This document shows positions 41,945 through 53,111 of a DNA stretch of 64,000 nt, one piece after another. Location: NCBI GenBank assembly GCA_963727825.1, contig CAVSHO010000009.1:640001-704000 (forward strand), given 5' to 3'. This DNA comes from Ignavibacteriota bacterium (GTDB lineage Bacteria; Bacteroidota; Ignavibacteria; UBA10030). A program made the translations under genes and the position numbers. The first letter of the stretch is position 1; every line of letters starts with the position of its first letter. Under the pieces are notes generated by a model that made no database searches, was not told the origin of the DNA, and worked only from the letters and a program-made list of their open reading frames with translations.

Positions 41945-43526
41945 TTATTTGATATTTTTTGCCTTATGATTTAACAAATGATAACTGATTGAGTCGACCA
42001 GCGCTTTCCAGCTTGCTTCAACTACATCCGGAGATACGCCGACCGTATTCCATGATGATTCACTATTTTTGGTCTCAATAAGTACACGCACTTTTGCCGC
42101 CGTTGCGTTTTGTGAGTCAAGCACACGCACCTTGTAATCGGTTAAATGAATCTCACTGAGTTCCGGATAAAATTTTTCAAGTGCCTTTCGCAGCGCCTTA
42201 TCAAGTGCATTGACCGGCCCATCGCCTTCAGCTGCAGTAATTTCAGTTTCATCACCTACGCGTATTTTAATAAGCGCCTCAGACCGCGCGTCTTTTTCAA
42301 GATCATCCTTCTGGATACTTACCTTAAATCGTTCTAAATCAAAGAAGTGTTTCATTTCTCCGGTATGCCGCTTCACCATTAACTCAAAAGATCCTTCGGC
42401 ATCTTCATAACTGTAACCGTAGTGTTCCATTTCTTTGATTTCATCAACAATTTTTTGTACAGCAGGAGATTTTTCGTCAAGCTTCACGCCTAATTCTTTC
42501 ACTTTGAAGAGGACATTACTTCGTCCCGAAAGATCTGAAATGAGAACCCGGCGTACGCTGCCAACTGTTTCCGGTACGATATGTTCATAGGTGAGTGCAG
42601 TTTTCATTACGGCACTGACGTGAACACCGCCTTTGTGGGCAAATGCACTCTCGCCGACGAATGGAAGATTCTTCTGATGTTTCATGTTTGCCAGTTCACT
42701 CACGTACCGTGAAACGCTTGTAAGATGTTGCAGCTGTTCATCCGTAATACAGCTATAGCCCATTTTTAATTGAAGATCGGGTATAATTGTACATAGGTTG
42801 GCATTCCCGCACCGCTCACCATAGCCGTTGATCGTTCCCTGGACTTGAACGCATCCTTCACGTACCGCTATCAACGAACTTGCGACTGCGGTTCCAGAAT
42901 CGTTATGAGTGTGAATACCAAGCGGAGTAGAGATACTTTTTTTGACTTCGCACACAATCTCTGCTATTTCCCATGGCAGGGTTCCGCCATTGGTGTCGCA
43001 CAAAACAAGAATTTCTGCACCCGCCTTGGCAGCAGCAGTTAATGTCTGTAAGGCATATGCTTTATTCATGTTTATACCCGTCGAAGAAATGTTCTGCATC
43101 GTAGATCACTTCTTTTCCGTGTTTCTTAAGATATGCTACGGAGTCGTTGATGATTGCCAAATTTTCTTCAGGTGAAATTTGTAGCGCTTCTTTGACATGG
43201 AGCAGCCAGCTTTTGCCGAAAATGGTGACGACCGGTGTCTGAGCATCCAACAGAGCGCAAATATTCTCATCTTTCTCGACAGGATTTTTTGCACGTCGTG
43301 TAGAACCAAACGCCACGATTTTTGCATGTAAAAATTTAGTGCTGCGGGCACGTTTGAAGAATTCCATATCTTTTGGATTCGAACCAGGCCAGCCGCCTTC
43401 GATATACGACACACCAAACGCATCAAGCCGTTTGGCAATCTTTATCTTATCTTCGGCAGAGAAAGAGATCTCTTCCCCTTGTGTGCCGTCGCGCAGTGTT
43501 GTATCATACAGAAATATTTTTTTCAT
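41945..43526 (-). CDS. cimA: Citramalate synthase; split by one extra base at ~43070
   Basis: [34 protein letters not shown] | [18 protein letters not shown] and [11 protein letters not shown] motifs of the bacterial CimA family. Confidence 0.92.
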
Positions 43527-43564
43527 AGATGACCTTTGAACGATCTATGGTTTATTGCATTCTT

Positions 43565-43592
43565 GTAGAGACATTCAATTGAATGTCTCTAC
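43565..43592. repeat. GTAG-type REP-like perfect palindrome, copy 2
   Basis: GTAGAGACATTCAATTGAATGTCTCTAC, a 28-bp perfect palindrome between ilvC and cimA. Confidence 0.8.
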
Positions 43593-43601
43593 TTATTGAT
43601 T

Positions 43602-44702
43602 TTAATTCTGTCCTCGTCCACCGATTCCTTTGACGCCTTTGGAAATATCTTTTGCTTTCTCTTTAGGACGTAGCGCACGAACAGCAGCACCGGCGCGCCA
43701 CATTTCGGAATTATGGATCTCTCCAAGTTTTTTTGACAGATACTTCTGATAATCTTTGCCGCCACAATCGCGAATCACTTCACGAGTTTCCTGTCCGCTC
43801 TTAACGGATTTGTAGAGCTTCTCGAATACTGGAAGGTTTATCTTACGGAAAATCGGCCTCCATTTGAGCGCTCCATGCTGAGCGGTAACGGAACAGTTGG
43901 AATACATCCAATCCATTCCATTCTCATCAACGAGCCGGATAAGACTTTGTGTAAGTTCTTCGACTGTTTCGTTGAAAGCTTCCGACGGTGAATGTCCGTT
44001 CTTGCGAAGCACATCATACTGTGCTTGCATGATACCTGCGAGCGCACCCATCAGAACTCCACGTTCGCCAGTAAGATCACTATAAACTTCCTTCAGAAAG
44101 GTTGTAGGGAATAAATAGCCCGAGCCGACTGCAATTCCAATAGCCAGGCAGCGTTCTTCTGCGTGTCCGGTTGCATCCTGGAAAACACCATAACTGGAAT
44201 TGATGCCTGCGCCAGATAGAAAATTTCGGCGGACGTTGAGACCGGATCCTTTAGGGGCAACCAGGATCACGTCAACGCTTTTCTGGGGAACCACACCAGT
44301 TTGTTCTTTATATGTAATGGAGAATCCATGTGAAAAGTACAGCGCATCTCCTGATTTGAGATTCTTTTTAACCGTCGGCCAAATTACACGTTGAGCTGCA
44401 TCAGATACCAGCATCATAACAATAGTTCCACGTTGAACTGCTTCCTCAATCGGGAAAAGTGTTTTGCCTGGAACCCAACCGTCTTTCACCGCACGATTCC
44501 AATCTTTCTTATATTCTTTTGCCTGGCCAACAATTACCTTAATGCCGTTGTCTTTCATGTTCAGCGCCTGAGCAGGCCCTTGAACACCGTAACCAATGAC
44601 GGCCACAGTTTCTTTTCTTAGAACTTTGCGTGCTTTTGCAAGTGTAAATTCCTTTCTGGTAACAACTTTCTCTTTGTTTCCACCAAAATCGATAATTGTC
44701 AT
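43602..44702 (-). CDS. ilvC: Ketol-acid reductoisomerase
   Basis: IGYGVQG, FSHGF, VAPKGSG, EVYSDLTGERG and CSVTAQ.G motifs. Confidence 0.96.
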   Translation of the reverse strand: MTIIDFGGNKEKVVTRKEFTLAKARKVLRKETVAVIGYGVQGPAQALNMKDNGIKVIVGQAKEYKKDWNRAVKDGWVPGKTLFPIEEAVQRGTIVMMLVSDAAQRVIWPTVKKNLKSGDALYFSHGFSITYKEQTGVVPQKSVDVILVAPKGSGLNVRRNFLSGAGINSSYGVFQDATGHAEERCLAIGIAVGSGYLFPTTFLKEVYSDLTGERGVLMGALAGIMQAQYDVLRKNGHSPSEAFNETVEELTQSLIRLVDENGMDWMYSNCSVTAQHGALKWRPIFRKINLPVFEKLYKSVKSGQETREVIRDCGGKDYQKYLSKKLGEIHNSEMWRAGAAVRALRPKEKAKDISKGVKGIGGRGQN

Positions 44703-44748
44703 TTTTTTCTCCTTATTTAGAATGATTGCTTTTTTATTTTCACAATTC

Positions 44749-46170
44749 CTATGGTAAATTTGAAAATCCCATTAAATGAATATCTATTGCACGAGCAGCT
44801 TTTCGCCCTTCTGCAATTGCCCATACGACTAACGATTGACCCCGCCGCATGTCACCTGCTGCAAATACTTCAGGGACAGAAGTCATGTAATTTTCGTCAG
44901 TGGAAATATTCCCGCGGGAATCGAGCGCAACACCCAACTCATCAAGCAGTCCGCTCTTCGTCGGGCCAATGAATCCCATTGCGATAAGTACAAGATCTAC
45001 ATTAATAGAAAATTCAGATCCTGGAACAGGTTTAAAATCGGGGGCAGGACCAACACGTACGGCATGCAGTTTTTTAACATTGCCTTCAGCATCGCCTTCG
45101 AAACGAGTTGTTGCAATGGACCAATCTCGTATACCACCTTCTTCGTGAGCACTTTCTGTACGCAATTGCAACGGCCATAGCGGCCACGGCGTGCTGGGAG
45201 AACGGTCAACCGGAGGTTTAGGCATAATTTCAAATTGGTGAACTGATTTCGCCTTTTGCCGATGAACGGTACCAAGACAGTCAGCGCCGGTATCTCCACC
45301 GCCAAGAATTATCACCTGCTTGCCGGTTGCAAGAATTTCTTCTGCCGGATTAACAATCGTGCCGCCAACACGCTTATTTTGCTGCGTGAGAAAATCCATT
45401 GCAAAGTGGATTCCTTTTAATTCACGCCCCGGCACTTTTAGATCACGCGGTGATTCAGAGCCACCGCATAAAAGTATTGCATTATACGAGCGCTGCAATT
45501 CATCAGATGCAATATTGACTCCGACATGGGCTTTAGTCGCAAACACAATTCCTTCTGCTTGCATAATCTCAATACGCCGATCCAATTGATATTTTTCCAA
45601 TTTGAAATCAGGAATTCCATATCGCATTAACCCACCGATGCGATCGTTTTTCTCATACACTGTTACATGGTGTCCAGCTCGATTCAATTGCTGTGATGCT
45701 GCAAGTCCTGCCGGCCCCGATCCAACCACAGCAATCGTTTTCCCAGTCCGTACCGCAGGACGCTCAGCCCTGATCCACCCTTCGCGGAACGCAACATCAA
45801 TAATTGATTGCTCAATCGCCTTGATAGCAACAGACGGTTCATTGATACCCAACACGCATGCGGCCTCGCACGGTGCCGGGCAAATGCGTCCGGTAAATTC
45901 CGGAAAATTATTTGTCGAGTGCAAAATACGTATCGCTTCTTTCCATCGATTGCGGTACACAAGATCATTCCAATGTGGAATAACATTGTTTAGCGGACAC
46001 CCTTGATGACAGAACGGAATTCCGCAATCCATACAGCGCGCACCTTGTGTACGTACTTTTTGGCCGGTAAATTCTTGATAGACATCTTTCCAATCTCGGA
46101 TACGCTCTGCAACCGGCCGACGCGCCGGCGTTTCGCGCTTAAATTCTAAAAATCCGGTCGGCTTACCCAC
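44749..46170 (-). CDS. gltD: Glutamate synthase small subunit
   Basis: GTG start MGKPTGF; [25 protein letters not shown] and GGGDTG motifs. Confidence 0.96.
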   Translation of the reverse strand: MGKPTGFLEFKRETPARRPVAERIRDWKDVYQEFTGQKVRTQGARCMDCGIPFCHQGCPLNNVIPHWNDLVYRNRWKEAIRILHSTNNFPEFTGRICPAPCEAACVLGINEPSVAIKAIEQSIIDVAFREGWIRAERPAVRTGKTIAVVGSGPAGLAASQQLNRAGHHVTVYEKNDRIGGLMRYGIPDFKLEKYQLDRRIEIMQAEGIVFATKAHVGVNIASDELQRSYNAILLCGGSESPRDLKVPGRELKGIHFAMDFLTQQNKRVGGTIVNPAEEILATGKQVIILGGGDTGADCLGTVHRQKAKSVHQFEIMPKPPVDRSPSTPWPLWPLQLRTESAHEEGGIRDWSIATTRFEGDAEGNVKKLHAVRVGPAPDFKPVPGSEFSINVDLVLIAMGFIGPTKSGLLDELGVALDSRGNISTDENYMTSVPEVFAAGDMRRGQSLVVWAIAEGRKAARAIDIHLMGFSNLP

Positions 46171-49100
46171 GGGATACCTCATTGACAACCGTTGTTGATG
46201 TTTTTTTATTTATAGACTCATTTGTTGCAATGCCTAATACTCTTTTATAGTCATGTGGAAATACTTTTACAAACTTTTTTACATGCTGTTGCCATTGATC
46301 AAGAATAAATCGTGCGCGTGGGCTTGCAGTGTATTCAAAATGTTTTTCTACAAGTTTTCGAACCGTTTCTTCATCCTGTGCATCAAGTGGATCAACATCA
46401 ACCATGGATCGGTTGCATAATGTTGCAGAAAATTCACCGGATTCATCGAGCACATACGCAAAACCGCCTGACATCCCTGCCGCAAAATTCTTCCCTGTTG
46501 AGCCAAGGACAACTACTATGCCGTTAGTCATATATTCGCAGCCGTGAGCACCAACCGATTCTACAACAGCAGTTGCGCCAGAGTTGCGGATAGCAAAACG
46601 TTCGCCTGCTTTTCCATTGAAGTACGCTTCGCCGCTTATTGCTCCATAGAGAACAACATTTCCGACTACCGTATTTTCCTCTGGTATGCATTTCGATCTA
46701 TGCGGCGGATGAATGATAAGTTTCCCTCCTGACAGGCCTTTTCCTGTATAGTCGTTGGCATCCCCTTCAAGCATTAAGGTGATACCGTGTGCGAGAAATG
46801 CACCAAAACTCTGGCCCGCAGAACCGGAAAAATTAATCTTAATAGTATTATCCGGCAATCCAGCAGAACCATACTTCCTGGCAATCTCGCCACTGAGCAT
46901 TGCACCTACCGTCCGATGAACGTTTCGAATTGGAAGATCAAATTCGATCGGTGCTGCATTTTCAATTGCAGACTTTGCTTTTTCAATCAATTGGTGATCG
47001 AGCACATCATTCAGTCCATGATCTTGCAGAGTTTGACTACGGCGGCCAAATCGTGACGGTGCCGGAGGATTATGCAGAAGGAACGATAGATCAACATATT
47101 TTGCTTTCCAATGCTTGACGTCTTTTCTAGGTTCCAGCATATCTACACGCCCAACCATTTCATCAATCGTTCTAAATCCAAGCTTTGCCATAATCTCTCG
47201 CAATTCTTCGGCAACGAAGAAAAAGAAATTGATAACATGTTCCGGAGTTCCCACAAACTTTTCACGCAACGCCGGATCTTGTGTTGCAATGCCTACCGGA
47301 CATGTATTAAGATGGCATTTTCGCATCATAAGGCAGCCCATTGAAATTAATGGCATGGTCGAAAAGCCAAATTCTTCTGCACCTAATAATGACGCAATAG
47401 CAACATCGCGTCCTGTTTGTAATTTTCCATCAGTCTGCAAACGGACACGGCTGCGCAAGTCGTTCAATACAAGCACCTGTTGTGCTTCCGCAAGTCCTAT
47501 TTCCCAAGGAATGCCGGCATGTTTGATAGATGATAACGGCGATGCTCCAGTACCACCTGAATCGCCGCTGATAAGAATCGAATCTGCATGCGCCTTCGCA
47601 ACACCAGCAGCGACTGTACCGACTCCATTTTCCGAAACAAGTTTCACCGAAATGCGAGCGTGCGGATTCACATTTTTCATGTCGAAAATTAATTGCGCCA
47701 AGTCTTCGATAGAATAAATATCGTGATGCGGTGGCGGCGAAATAAGTTGTACGCCCTGAATAGAGTGGCGTGTTCTCGCAATGATGGCATCTACTTTGTG
47801 ACCGGGAAGCTGTCCGCCCTCACCGGGTTTTGCGCCTTGAGCTATTTTAATCTGGATTTCATCTGCATTTACCAAATAGTTTGCGGAAACACCAAACCGA
47901 CCAGAGGCAATTTGTTTAATAGCGCTCCGGCGAAGGTTTCCGTCGGCATCAGGTTTAAAACGTTCTTCATCTTCGCCGCCTTCGCCTGTGTTCGATCTGG
48001 CACCCATGCGGTTCATTGCAACAGCGAGTGTCTCATGCGCTTCTTTACTGATAGAACCGTAAGACATTGCTCCTGTAACGAATCGTTTGACAATTTCTTT
48101 TTCCTGTTCTACTTCTTCTATTGGAACAGCGCGTGTTCCTTTCTTGAATTCCATTAGTCCGCGCAGATTATACAATCCTCCATCCTGATTATTGAGATGC
48201 TGCGCATATTCCTTATAACTTTTTTTGTCCGAAAATCGTACTGCTTGCTGGAGCTTCGTGATGGTTGATGGATTCACCATATGCCGTTCACCGTTAATGC
48301 GGAAGTAATAATTCCCGCCGAGATCAAGCTCTGTATCGGCACCGGTGAGCTTCCGGAATGCAAAGTCGTGTTTCATTTTTGCTTCCTGCGCTATCACACT
48401 CAATCCGATACCCCCGATGCGCGATGAGATACCTGTGAAATATTTTTCTACAAGTTCCTTTCCCAGGCCGATTGCTTCAAACACCTGCGCACCCTGATAA
48501 CTTTGTAGTGTGGAAATACCCATTTTCGACATAGTTTTGAGTATTCCCTTATTCACGGCTTTTTTATAATTGTAAACTGCTTTTTCAAGTGTAAGACCTT
48601 CCGGAAAATATTCGCGATTTGAAAGTTCTTCCAATGTTTCGAAAGCAAGATACGGATTGACCGCGCTTGCACCAAATCCGATTAGCAGGCAGTAATGCAT
48701 CACTTCACGCGGCTCGCCGGATTCAACAACCAGTGCTACTTGCGTACGAGTTTTTTCCCGGACGAGATGGTTATGCACCGCAGTCAATGCCAGCAAACTC
48801 GGAATCGCTGCATATTCTTCATCAATTCCACGATCAGAAAGAATAATAATGGTGTATCCTGATTTAATCGCCAATGACGCGCGGCGGCAAAGTCCGTCTA
48901 ATGCACGTTCAAGTTCCTTTTCTCCGCCATCAACCCGGAAGAGCATCGGCAGCATCGTGGCAAGAAAATCCCCCTGTGAGACACGACGCATTTTTTCCAG
49001 ATCGCGGTTGGTCAGTATCGGTTCCGGCAGTTTCAGTGTATGGCAATGTTGAGGCGTTTCTTCCAGTAAGTTACCTTCCGTTCCAATATAACTTGTCAGC

Positions 49101-50722
49101 GACATTACTAGTTCTTCGCGGATCGAGTCAATCGGCGGATTCGTGACCTGGGCAAAATTCTGTTTAAAGTAATTGAACAATGACTGCGGTTTATCCGACA
49201 AGCATGCCAGCGGTGTATCCGCACCCATCGAACCGACAGGTTCCTGTCCCTCTACTGCCATCGGGACCATTATCATCCGAATATCTTCGTCGGTGTACCC
49301 GAACGCACGCTGCCGTTTCAGTAAATCTTCCGGGCTAAAACCGATCTCGCGTGGAGGTTCAGCCAGCTGATCCAGCCGGATTTGATTTTCTTGAATCCAT
49401 TGAGCATAAGGCTGACGCTTTGCAAGCCTGGCTTTAATCTCTTCATCTGGAATAATTCTCTTTTCTGTCAAATCAGCAAGCAGCATGTTGCCCGGTTCCA
49501 GGCATCCTTTGTGTTTTACATTTTCCGGTTCAATGTCCAATACGCCCGCCTCTGACGCCATGATTAGAAAATTATCATGCGTTACTAGAAAACGTGCAGG
49601 ACGGAGTCCGTTCCGATCAAGCGTTGCACCAATAACCCGCCCATCAGTAAATGCGACAGCTGCAGGACCGTCCCACGGCTCCATCAATGATGCATGGTAT
49701 TCATAAAATGCGCGTTTCTCCGTCGACATTCCGGTATCCGCATCCCAAGCTTCAGGAATAAGAATTGTCATTGCATGAGGAAGACTGCGCCCACTCATCG
49801 TTATTAGTTCTACTGCATTATCCAATGCCGCAGAGTCGCTTACAGCAGGCTGGATAATGGGGAATAATTTTTCGATTTCATCACCAAATACTGCCGACTT
49901 CAGTACCGATTGGCGCGCGTGCATCCAGTTCACATTACCGCGTAAAGTATTAATCTCTCCATTATGACAAATATACCGGAATGGATGTGCAAGCTGCCAA
50001 CTTGGAAACGTATTCGTTGAGAACCTCTGATGCACAAGACAGAGAGCGCTCATCGTATCAGGATCCGATAATTCTTTATAGAAACGTGCAATCTGCGGCG
50101 CTATCAGTAATCCTTTATAAATAATGGTATAAGACGAAAGTGATGGAACATAAAAGAAATTTTTATTCTGGATATTCGACGTTGCAATTTCCAATTCGGC
50201 GCGTTTCCGAATAATGTACAGTTTACGTTCAAATTCTTCGCGGGTTATACCGGTGGCAGTTCGAATAAATACTTGTTCGATATACGGCTGTGATACGCGT
50301 GCAACACGGCCGATAGCATCTGCATCAAGTGGAGTATCACGCCACCCGAGCATACTCAATCCTTCTTCCTGCACAATTCGTTCGATGATGGCTTCGCATT
50401 CAAAACGCGGCTGAGGTTCAACCGGCAGAAACAACATTCCAACGCCATATTCACCTTCAGGTGGCAGCGTAAAACCAATTTTCTCGCATTCTCTTGTAAA
50501 AAACTTATATGGAATCTGTATGGTAATACCCGCACCATCTCCTGTTTTTGGATCAGAACCGCTTGCACCGCGATGTGCAAGGTTCACCAATATCTGGATC
50601 CCTTTCATAATGGTTTCATGCGAACGTTCAGCGTTCACATTAACGATAAAACCGATTCCGCATGCATCGTGTTCATTACGCGGATCATACAATGGAAAAT
50701 TTTTTAACACTGTTGGAGTCAT
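46163..50722 (-). CDS. gltB: Glutamate synthase large subunit
   Basis: EHDACGIG Ntn Cys, [18 protein letters not shown] and [13 protein letters not shown] motifs. Confidence 0.98.
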   Translation of the reverse strand: MTPTVLKNFPLYDPRNEHDACGIGFIVNVNAERSHETIMKGIQILVNLAHRGASGSDPKTGDGAGITIQIPYKFFTRECEKIGFTLPPEGEYGVGMLFLPVEPQPRFECEAIIERIVQEEGLSMLGWRDTPLDADAIGRVARVSQPYIEQVFIRTATGITREEFERKLYIIRKRAELEIATSNIQNKNFFYVPSLSSYTIIYKGLLIAPQIARFYKELSDPDTMSALCLVHQRFSTNTFPSWQLAHPFRYICHNGEINTLRGNVNWMHARQSVLKSAVFGDEIEKLFPIIQPAVSDSAALDNAVELITMSGRSLPHAMTILIPEAWDADTGMSTEKRAFYEYHASLMEPWDGPAAVAFTDGRVIGATLDRNGLRPARFLVTHDNFLIMASEAGVLDIEPENVKHKGCLEPGNMLLADLTEKRIIPDEEIKARLAKRQPYAQWIQENQIRLDQLAEPPREIGFSPEDLLKRQRAFGYTDEDIRMIMVPMAVEGQEPVGSMGADTPLACLSDKPQSLFNYFKQNFAQVTNPPIDSIREELVMSLTSYIGTEGNLLEETPQHCHTLKLPEPILTNRDLEKMRRVSQGDFLATMLPMLFRVDGGEKELERALDGLCRRASLAIKSGYTIIILSDRGIDEEYAAIPSLLALTAVHNHLVREKTRTQVALVVESGEPREVMHYCLLIGFGASAVNPYLAFETLEELSNREYFPEGLTLEKAVYNYKKAVNKGILKTMSKMGISTLQSYQGAQVFEAIGLGKELVEKYFTGISSRIGGIGLSVIAQEAKMKHDFAFRKLTGADTELDLGGNYYFRINGERHMVNPSTITKLQQAVRFSDKKSYKEYAQHLNNQDGGLYNLRGLMEFKKGTRAVPIEEVEQEKEIVKRFVTGAMSYGSISKEAHETLAVAMNRMGARSNTGEGGEDEERFKPDADGNLRRSAIKQIASGRFGVSANYLVNADEIQIKIAQGAKPGEGGQLPGHKVDAIIARTRHSIQGVQLISPPPHHDIYSIEDLAQLIFDMKNVNPHARISVKLVSENGVGTVAAGVAKAHADSILISGDSGGTGASPLSSIKHAGIPWEIGLAEAQQVLVLNDLRSRVRLQTDGKLQTGRDVAIASLLGAEEFGFSTMPLISMGCLMMRKCHLNTCPVGIATQDPALREKFVGTPEHVINFFFFVAEELREIMAKLGFRTIDEMVGRVDMLEPRKDVKHWKAKYVDLSFLLHNPPAPSRFGRRSQTLQDHGLNDVLDHQLIEKAKSAIENAAPIEFDLPIRNVHRTVGAMLSGEIARKYGSAGLPDNTIKINFSGSAGQSFGAFLAHGITLMLEGDANDYTGKGLSGGKLIIHPPHRSKCIPEENTVVGNVVLYGAISGEAYFNGKAGERFAIRNSGATAVVESVGAHGCEYMTNGIVVVLGSTGKNFAAGMSGGFAYVLDESGEFSATLCNRSMVDVDPLDAQDEETVRKLVEKHFEYTASPRARFILDQWQQHVKKFVKVFPHDYKRVLGIATNESINKKTSTTVVNEVSRG

Positions 50723-50757
50723 ATCTGTCTATTTCTACCTCTTCATTTACTTGTAAG

Positions 50758-51276
50758 CTATGCCTCGCCTTGAAACTCTCTTTTAATCGCTACGCGACCT
50801 GTGCGTGCCAATTCTTTGATACCGAAGGGCTTAAGCATATTAATAATTGCATCCACCTTCAGCTGCGAGCCCGTCGCTTCAATAGTTAGTGTTTTTGGGC
50901 TGACATCCACTACTTTCGTGCGGAAAATTTCCGAGATCTGCATGATCTCCATCCGTGTTATTGGAGTGGATTGTACTTTTACTAACGCGAGTTCTCTATC
51001 GACAAATGTATCTTCTGTTAAATCTACTACCTTAATCGTATCGATCAGTTTGTGAAGCTGCTTCATGATTTGCTCGATGATCTGATCGTCACCGCGTGTC
51101 ACAATGGTCATGCGCGAGACAGCTTCATCTTCAGTCGGACCGACTGTGAGACTGTCAATATTGTACCCCTTCGCTGCAAAGAGTCCTGCAATTCTATTCA
51201 GTGTGCCAAAATGGTTCTCCACCGTCATTGAAATCGTATGCTGCTTAGATTGATCATTTGAAGTTGATGATGACAT
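50758..51276 (-). CDS. ilvN: Acetolactate synthase regulatory subunit
   Basis: VENHFGTLNRIAGLF, NIDSL and RELALVKV...E.ARTG motifs. Confidence 0.95.
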   Translation of the reverse strand: MSSSTSNDQSKQHTISMTVENHFGTLNRIAGLFAAKGYNIDSLTVGPTEDEAVSRMTIVTRGDDQIIEQIMKQLHKLIDTIKVVDLTEDTFVDRELALVKVQSTPITRMEIMQISEIFRTKVVDVSPKTLTIEATGSQLKVDAIINMLKPFGIKELARTGRVAIKREFQGEA

Positions 51277-51303
51277 GGTGTTTTCTCCTGTTTTTCAACA
51301 ACA

Positions 51304-53064
51304 TTATCCTTTTGCATGAATCATCGTTTTATGGGTCGCATGGTTTTGTACCAGCGGTTCCGGACTATCCATTATTTCATTCACTGTCTGTCCTGCTGGA
51401 ATCATAGGATATACATTTTCTTCCGGCGCAACGACAAACTCTGTCAGCATAGGACCATCTTTATGCGCAAGCGCCTTATGGATTGCGTTTTCCACATCTG
51501 CCGGCGATGTAACACGCTGTGCTGGAATACCGTATGCTTCGGCTACCTTCACAAAGTCCGGACTCGTAATACGTGTATTCGAATACCTTTTCTTCCAAAA
51601 GAATTCCTGCCATTGGCGAACCATACCAAGAAATCCATTATTCATAACAAATATTTTCACGGGAAGCTTATTATGTGCAATGGTTTCCAATTCCTGAATA
51701 TTCATTTGAAAACCGCCGTCGCCACTTATGCAAAAAACCGGCAAGTCGTTCCTACCAAAAGCCGCACCCATCGACGCCGGGAGCGAAAATCCCATTGTTC
51801 CGAGTCCGCCCGATGTGATTTGCGTTCGCGGATGTTTCCATTTGAAAAACTGTGCTGTCCACATTTGCGATTGACCGACATCGGATACAACGATGGCATC
51901 GCCGTCTGTGATTTCACCAAGCTTATGAATAATATACTGAACACGAAGTGACCCGTCATGTTTATACCGTAATGGATGTTCAGCTTTCCATCCGTCAATA
52001 GTTTTTAACCACTCCTTTGTATTCAGTAGTTTTACAAATTCGTTTAAATGTTTGAGAACGCGTTTTACATCTCCGACGATGGGAACATCCACCGGAACAT
52101 TTTTGCTAATAGCAGACGGATCAATATCGATATGAATTCTTTTTGCGTTCTTTGCAAATTCCTTTACATTTCCGGTCACACGATCATCAAACCGAGCACC
52201 AATGGCAACAAGCACATCACACTGATCAACAGCCATATTAGAGTACCAGGTGCCATGCATGCCCAGCATACCGAGCGCCAGCTTACTTTGCTCAGGATAC
52301 ACACCCAATCCATGCAACGTCGTAGTGATCGGAGCGTGAAGTTTGTCTGCAAGTGCGCGAACCTCCGTGGATGCATTTGAACTGATAACACCGCCGCCGA
52401 CATATAAAAGAGGCCGTTTCGCTTCATTAAGAAGTTCTGCCGCCTTCTTGATTTGTCTAAGGTTTCCCTCCACAACTGGATTGTAACTGCGGAGCGAAAT
52501 CGTCTTAGGATATTCAAAAACCGCTTTCGCCGCAAGAACATCTTTCGGTAAATCAACAAGCACTGGACCTGGACGCCCTGTAGTGGCAATATAAAATGCT
52601 GCCTTAATAGTATTTGCCAGATCGTTGACATCTTTCACAAGATAATTATGTTTTGTTATCGGACGCGTGATGCCGACGATGTCCACTTCCTGAAACGCAT
52701 CGTTTCCAATGAGCTTCGTGACAACCTGGCCAGTAAACACAACAAGCGGTATCGAATCCATATAGGCATCGGCAATTCCGGTTACTGCATTTGTTGCGCC
52801 AGGACCAGATGTGACAAGTACAACGCCGGGCCTGCCAGTCGTTTTCGAATACCCCTCGGCGGCATGCGTTGCTCCTTGTTCGTGCCGCGTGAGAATGTGT
52901 TTGATGTGTGTAAGATCGTGAAGCACATCGTAAATGCCGATAACGACACCCCCTGGATACCCAAAAAGAGTATCGACGCCTTCCTCTACAAGGCATCGCA
53001 CAAAAATCTCTGCGCCTGTCATCAATTTTCCCTGATGATTGTCGTGTGCTTTTGTCGGGGTCAT
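51304..53064 (-). CDS. ilvB: Acetolactate synthase large subunit
   Basis: FGYPGG, RHEQGA, TSGPGATN and GDGGFQMN..E TPP motif; LGMVRQWQ. Confidence 0.97.
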   Translation of the reverse strand: MTPTKAHDNHQGKLMTGAEIFVRCLVEEGVDTLFGYPGGVVIGIYDVLHDLTHIKHILTRHEQGATHAAEGYSKTTGRPGVVLVTSGPGATNAVTGIADAYMDSIPLVVFTGQVVTKLIGNDAFQEVDIVGITRPITKHNYLVKDVNDLANTIKAAFYIATTGRPGPVLVDLPKDVLAAKAVFEYPKTISLRSYNPVVEGNLRQIKKAAELLNEAKRPLLYVGGGVISSNASTEVRALADKLHAPITTTLHGLGVYPEQSKLALGMLGMHGTWYSNMAVDQCDVLVAIGARFDDRVTGNVKEFAKNAKRIHIDIDPSAISKNVPVDVPIVGDVKRVLKHLNEFVKLLNTKEWLKTIDGWKAEHPLRYKHDGSLRVQYIIHKLGEITDGDAIVVSDVGQSQMWTAQFFKWKHPRTQITSGGLGTMGFSLPASMGAAFGRNDLPVFCISGDGGFQMNIQELETIAHNKLPVKIFVMNNGFLGMVRQWQEFFWKKRYSNTRITSPDFVKVAEAYGIPAQRVTSPADVENAIHKALAHKDGPMLTEFVVAPEENVYPMIPAGQTVNEIMDSPEPLVQNHATHKTMIHAKG

Positions 53065-53111
53065 AACCTTATTCCTGAATTAATTGTTAGATGTAAAAAG
53101 TAATTTCTTCT

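Noticed and set aside
4818-43526. Calling ctaB, actD, apgM and cimA pseudogenes
   Set aside because: Each has a single one-base lesion with all catalytic motifs intact inside complete operons, which fits sequence error better than decay.
26504-43592. The palindromic repeats as CRISPR repeats or integron attC sites for the inserted genes (lysE, methyltransferase, racemase-osmC)
   Set aside because: There are only two copies 17 kb apart, no spacer array, cas or intI gene, and they do not flank the inserted genes.
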